Origin: Amoebidium appalachense
Taxonomy: Eukaryota > Protista > Ichthyosporea
Reading direction: 5' to 3'
DNA: 64,000 nt
Assembly (NCBI GenBank): GCA_963693365.1
Contig: CAVNZM010000012.1
Span: 4,020,409 to 4,084,408 of the forward strand
In this document: piece after piece, positions 42,799-64,000 of the stretch
How the letters are laid out: the number at the start of each line of letters is the position of its first letter
Numbering within the stretch: position 1 is the first letter of the stretch
Program-made: the position numbers and the translations under genes
The notes under the pieces: generated by a model
Seen by the model: the letters and a program-made list of their open reading frames with translations, nothing else
What the model was told of the DNA's origin: nothing
Database searches by the model: none

Positions 42799-44237
42799 AT
42801 GATCCTTAACATAGACAAATGTGGTGTTCTTGTACCTGATATAGCTAACAATTTACACACATTTACAATATCATCTAAACCTGTACCTATAGTTCCAGAA
42901 TACAAATATCTTGGTGTTCCGGTTAATTCTGCTGGTGTTATGTTTTCCCATATGGTCGAAGAGAGGGTAGAGTTGGCTCGTAAGCGGTTAGCTTTCTTCT
43001 CGGCTAATATTATATACACACCCCTCCATCCTTCTATTAGACTTACATTTATTCGCACTTTTGTCTTCCCGGCATGTGAATATGGTTTACCCCTTCTCGC
43101 CGCTTGGATCAAGAAAGAGAGAGCTAGAGCACTTAAACCCTTGGCAAATTTCCTTGAAGCAGCTACGCAGAGTACACTATCATCTAATATGGTACACACA
43201 TATTCATATTCTTATTCTAATACTCATATTCTTATTCTAAGATTCATATTCTTATTCTAACCTGAATACAAGTGCCGCAGTGTTATTCATGTAAGTACAA
43301 TTTTTGTCGAAGGAAAGCCAGACCACATTGGTAGTCCAAATCGGCTCGCCGGGGCCCTTGACTACTAGTGCAGAGGTTGCCTCCTTTCTATCTAACAACT
43401 GTTGTAAACCTGGGCCTGTAACGCTCTCGATATATGGTCTGGTCTTGGCAATAGCTGCTAGAGTATCCTATCTCGCGCTGAAATTCAATAAGCACATAAG
43501 CCGTATGCCATAAAGAAGCCATAAAGAAGTATTTGCCCTCCCTCCCTCTCTTCTCTATCCGACCTGTCCCCTCCTCCCCTCTCCCCTCTTTCGAATTCCT
43601 TCCCTCTCTCTCCCCTTCTCCCCTGGGTACAAATACAAATAAACCCCGCAAAAGTGTGTGTGTGACTTTGGACTACCACTTACTTATTAAACATGTACAC
43701 AATTACAAGATAATCACGCAATATGCAAAAAAAGAAAAAGATACCACACGACACTAGACCCGATGAAAGCATACACCTTGAAAAACTAAGCCTTATGTCT
43801 CGTTTTATATATACTGACCGCCTCAACCATATTGCCAAATATGGCACTCGCAAATGTATAACACCTAAATACATATTACCTTCCTGTAGAACTGGTCTTT
43901 CTCTAGCTGATGGTATTATTGATCAATTACCACGCTTTTACTGTACACGTGCTATACAGTGGAGATCTAATAAGTATAATGCGGCATCATTTGCATGCCC
44001 AAACAACACACACACACACCAGTTTAACCGGTCATGTATCGCCAAATGTAGTTTGATAGACCACATAATACCGCAACACACACAAAACACATTCACAACA
44101 GACACCCAGAAAGATAGCCTACCTGTAAATCACAACATCCTTGATTTTATACTAAACACGCGTAACTACGACCTGTTTATTAGATGTATTGATTGGCTTG
44201 AGAAACACATCACTACAAAATTCTAGCGCACGCACAC

Positions 44238-44324
<87 letters not shown>

Positions 44325-44335
44325 AAAAAAAAAAT
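42799..44335 (+). mobile_element. 5'-truncated, interrupted non-LTR retrotransposon (LINE) relic
   Basis: 42799-43190 encodes the end of an RT domain and thumb (LNIDKCGVL...VPEYKYLGV...RLTFIRTFVFPACEYGL). 43723-44226 encodes a Cys/His C-terminal domain (WRSN...CPN...HQFNRSCIAKC...LDFILN). It is followed by (CA)n and an A-run at ~44319-44335. About 500 bp of unrelated sequence separates the two parts. Confidence 0.75.
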
Positions 44336-45017
44336 AATACGGGGAACCCCAACTAATTGATATCTCTTTGTAGTCTTTATGGTGTCTCGTAGAGAAAGTA
44401 AACCCTGATATATAGTCATCACCCGACATCTATGTACGTGATCATGATATACCGCTGAGGATCCCGGATATTCCGAGCAAAACCCCCCCCATACCTGAGG
44501 CTGGTTTCTCTTTGCCTCGCGATCGAGTAAACAGCGTAAACCCCCCCCCCATTAGGGTCTCCCGATCTATACTTCGGAGACGCTATCACATACCAGTGCA
44601 CACATGTTAGCAAAAGGTTTGCATCAAACACACAAGTCTGCAAGTATACACCCATTCAAACACCACACATCAAACGCACATTGCACTACACTGAGGATCT
44701 CGCTGGGACACTGGGGGCACTGTCAGGCACTATATCCAACATTGAGGTGGGAAAGGGGGGGAGGGGGAGGGGGGGACGTATCGAGGGGGGAGGGGGAGCA
44801 GCCGCTAAGACTGCCTGCATTTGTTGAACCGTGGCGCGCACCGGCTGTGCCGAGCCTCGGCCAGCGAAGTTTTCGAGCTGTGATGATAGCTAAAGGGCAG
44901 CCTGCGTCGGGGCAGAGCGTTTACAAGGCTTTCAGGAGGGTTCGAGTCCTGGTTCTTTACTACTGATTCCATCGTTTACAAAAAACCGTTATTTCAAGTA
45001 GTATCCCTAATAAGATT

Positions 45018-46415
45018 ATGTCTTCGTGCACAGTGGCGAACATGGCTGACCCACTTGCATTAGATGACATTCTAATCCATGTCATCTCCTTTCTGCCTTT
45101 CCGTGAACGTGTCAAGTGCACGCTCGTGTGCAGACGCTGGGCAGCAATTGTGCGCTCTACACCCATAGACGATGATATGCACGTGCACATGGCCAATGAG
45201 TCCTTCTTAAAATGCACCGATACCCGGCAACCTCCAAGAAATCTGCGGCCAGAGTGGGCAGCTACGCTACGTTTTGTGACCTTGGGGATCGAAGCAACCA
45301 CACAGGATGTTACCGACGAGGTATGTGGGACGATGCTCGCCATTTCAAAACATGCGCACGTTCTCGAATCACTAACCGTGAGTATTTCGTATGCGTTTTT
45401 CAACCAGTATTCGGGACAACGCGTCGAGTTCGACCACATTACCTTCGACTTGTCATCACTTGCAGCAGCAACAAGTTTGAAGAAGGTTATGCTCTATTTC
45501 ACGTCCGCGGTGCCCATGTTGCTTCTAAACACACAGCAGCTATCCAACCTACGAGTTCTCCGCCTGTTCACCACAACGATTATAGACGCAAACATGGGCC
45601 TGGTGGCGCTGCGCGGCTGTCCAGGTTTGGAGGAGTTGAGAGTTTTGGTGATAGACGAGAGCTATCGTTTCAACTCGGGCACACTTTCACTTGATGAATC
45701 CCTCACCACCCTCACCCGCCTAACCAAGCTTGAAGCAAATGGGGACTTCTTTCCCCCAAACCTCTCACCGTGGCCCCTAAGGGAAATCGCAACTCACGCC
45801 CCGCAGGACATACGTTTTGTGCGAACGGCAACCTGTCTCAGGTCTCTTGCCGTTGAGACTGTTGTGGATGATGAAACACTGACCCCGGTCTCGGACTGCT
45901 CCCTCTTAACGTGCTTAAAGATAACGGCACAACTGTGTGGTGACGTTCCATCTCTAAGGTTTTTGCGCAAATTGCATCAGCTAAGGCAGCTGGACATCAC
46001 GAACACCGCGTGTGATGACTACTACATGGATCTCTCTCCCATTACTTCATGCACGCAACTGAAAACCCTCTGTCTGATGAAATGCACACGCGTTCGCGAC
46101 ATCTCCCCCGTGTCGAACTGCATCAACCTGGAAAAGTTCTACGTGGATGGGGGAAGGATTAACAATTTGACACCTATTTCGGCGTGCGTGAAACTGCGCC
46201 ATTTCACTCTTAAGGGCAACAGGCCACGGGGAGAGAGCAGTGTTCCTGTAGACATTGAATGGATGTGTGGTTTACAAGATCTGAAGTTTGTGAACGTGGT
46301 GGGGTGTAGCGGGATGAGGGAGAGTGAGATGCATCTGGTGAGGGAACACGTGGAGAGGAAGGGTGGGAAAATGTTTTTGCAGGTAGATTCTTGGGATTAT
46401 TTTGGGAACTCATGA
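45018..46415 (+). CDS. Intronless F-box / leucine-rich repeat protein
   Basis: N-terminal F-box LDDILIHVISFLPFRERVKCTLVCRRWAAIV, followed by LRRs such as LRKLHQLRQLDI, ITSCTQLKTLCL, VSNCINLEKFYV and ISACVKLRHFTL. Confidence 0.85.
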   Translation: MSSCTVANMADPLALDDILIHVISFLPFRERVKCTLVCRRWAAIVRSTPIDDDMHVHMANESFLKCTDTRQPPRNLRPEWAATLRFVTLGIEATTQDVTDEVCGTMLAISKHAHVLESLTVSISYAFFNQYSGQRVEFDHITFDLSSLAAATSLKKVMLYFTSAVPMLLLNTQQLSNLRVLRLFTTTIIDANMGLVALRGCPGLEELRVLVIDESYRFNSGTLSLDESLTTLTRLTKLEANGDFFPPNLSPWPLREIATHAPQDIRFVRTATCLRSLAVETVVDDETLTPVSDCSLLTCLKITAQLCGDVPSLRFLRKLHQLRQLDITNTACDDYYMDLSPITSCTQLKTLCLMKCTRVRDISPVSNCINLEKFYVDGGRINNLTPISACVKLRHFTLKGNRPRGESSVPVDIEWMCGLQDLKFVNVVGCSGMRESEMHLVREHVERKGGKMFLQVDSWDYFGNS

Positions 46416-47229
46416 GGAACCGAGAAGAACATGGGGATTTGGGGAAATGAAACTGTGTGAGGCAGACAGCTGAAAAGGTACCGGGTTTGTCCAGAATGTA
46501 CCAAGTTGTGATGTTGGATATAATAGGGAATGAGCTACACCATGTAAGTGATTGTTCGAGGTTTGATACAGATTTTTTTGTATAGCCCTTTAGTACAAGC
46601 GCACATACTCGCAAGCACATGGTGAAGACACGTACACTTTGATTCAGTTGCGGTTCACAAACACATTATGCACGTGCGCGCGCTTGGGCACACACACACA
46701 TGCACACAGTCCACCACACAGGCGCGCGCAAACGCACATACGCGCGCGCACACACACACACATGCACATGCCCGCGCGTGCGCGCGCACACACACACACA
46801 AACACGCGCGCGCGCGCGCACTTCGATGATTGGAATGTCCGTCCTCTCAGTTGACCATTTACAAATGTAGTGCTATCATTATTTTATTTTATTTTCTTAT
46901 AACTTTTTGCCGCTTTATATTGGTAAATGTATACATCCTCCGTCTACACGCAGTACAGTGGGGGCTCGATGCCAAAAACGAGAACACATTTTTTCATCCA
47001 TACCAGTATAAGATCGATCATCGTACAGTCGCTTCAATCCAGATCACCCCCCCCCCCCCCCCCCCCCTCCCCCTTCTCCCCCCCACCCCCTTCCCCGCCC
47101 TCTCCACATCCCTCCTCGCCTCCCTCCTCCCCCCCAACCCCCTCCTGTATTTGCTCCAATGTTGTTTTTTCCCCCACCCCCTTTTCCACCCCCTACAACT
47201 ACTACACTGAACGCTATCCCTACCCTACC

Positions 47230-56270
<9,041 letters not shown>

Positions 56271-57019
56271 GTTGATTTGTGTGTGCCCAGGGACTGGGCT
56301 GTGTCGGTGTTCTCAACCGTACTGTGTACAGAAAAAAAATTCTGTTGCTGTTGTTTTTTTGGGATCCGGATTCGCTGCTATGCTGCTTTGACACGAGTCT
56401 GAGAGCTTGACGGAGTCGAGACAGTGATTTTTTGTCACAGTGTGTTGGAGAAAACAAAAAAAAGGAATAATGAAATAGGCGAACGGGGTGGCAGGATGTT
56501 GGATCCTTTTGCCCACCCAAACAAATGTGACAGCAAAGGAAACAATTGCAGGTGGGGGGATATCAGAGACACTTGTGATTGGTGCATCTAGATCTAGATC
56601 AGTCATGAGCCACATGACCATATATGGCTTTGAGATTGGGGCGTTGGTTGGATAGGAACGGAGCGGCGTGTGTCTGAGGGACCTCTCAGCACCAGTGCTG
56701 AGACTCCCTGTCTCTCTCTATCTAAAGCAGCAATGCTCTCTCTCTCTCTTTCTCGCTCTTGTTTGCCGTGAAGTTAGCAAAGCCCCCCCCCCCCCGGGCC
56801 CCTATATTAACCATGAAGAGAAACGATGTCACTGTGTCTGTGCTCCTGCAAATTTGGTTGCGTTTTGGCAATTTAAAAGTCCATAACTCATTGTGTGGCT
56901 GAATCCCCAATGCTCTGCATATGCAGTGGTGTGTAGCCGTGTGGACGCACGTGTGGTTTCCTGACAGTATGTGCGTGGCGCCAGCTGCGTGCGTGTGGAT
57001 CGTGCTGGCGACCGAGTGG

Positions 57020-57050
<31 letters not shown>

Positions 57051-57053
<3 letters not shown>

Positions 57054-57075
57054 TGAATGCGGAACACAGTACGAG
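57051..57075 (-). repeat. Terminal fragment of the structured repeat, flanked by poly-C on both sides
   Basis: The reverse complement is CTCGTACTGTGTTCCGCATTCAAAC. It lies between two minus-strand genes. Confidence 0.6.
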
Positions 57076-57324
57076 GGGGGGGGGGGGGGGGGGGGGGGGG
57101 CCGGGATGTGGCCAACACATGAATTCTGGAATGTACTAGTATTCAATTTAGTTCATCCATAGCGACCTAATACACAGCAACCAACACCAGCATCCTGTTA
57201 CACTGCATCATCATAACAAGGTTTGTGAGCACACATCAAAATTCCATTGTCAAGGAAACTTCTTCAATTCATGGTGTTTCCCTTTTCTATCATCGTGTGA
57301 TATAACCACCACAACGGCCGACTG

Positions 57325-57367
<43 letters not shown>

Positions 57368-57708
57368 ATGTGTGTGTGTGTGTGTGTCTGTGTGTCTGTG
57401 TGTGCGCGCGTGTGTGTGTTGTGTGGGCGTCCGAACGTACGTGCACTACAACCACACTTTTGCACAAGCTTCCCCATTGATTTCACATCTTTATTCAGTC
57501 AACCGATTATCAATCTTATATCACACGCGCGCAAAAAACAAAGGTACTAATACAAGACACTGTGTGTGTGTGTATGTGTGTATGTGTGTATGTGTGTGTG
57601 TGTGTGTGTGTGTTTCACCCGAATATTCAATCTCCGTACGAGTATACATGCACACAAGCACACGCATCCTTGTAATTTCCTCAGGTTCTCCACCCATCAT
57701 AGGACCGT

Positions 57709-64000
<6,292 letters not shown>

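Overview
This is a eukaryotic, intron-rich window with GT-AG introns of mostly 0.3-2 kb that are full of poly-C/poly-G, (CA)n and (CT)n tracts. Most entries in the supplied ORF track are artefacts of these microsatellites. The style suggests a unicellular opisthokont, possibly an ichthyosporean, but the sequence cannot establish this. By manual splicing I recover five spliced genes: a bacterial-type glutathione S-transferase (+), a WWOX/RDH-like short-chain dehydrogenase (-), a large EF-hand/coiled-coil/FYVE protein (-), a CapA (PGA_cap) metallophosphoesterase (-), and the 3' part of a Q/P/G/Y-rich prion-like protein with FUBP-like WAAYY motifs (-). There are also two intronless ORFs (a 439-aa unknown and an F-box/LRR gene), a non-LTR retrotransposon relic and a MITE. 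The most striking unexplained feature is a family of about 12 copies or fragments of a ~250-290 nt element. All copies are co-oriented with local transcription and all but one fragment lie in introns. The four longest, divergent copies fold into the same nested multi-helix, pseudoknotted RNA, with compensatory base changes and G-U pairs. I cannot match it to any known RNA family.
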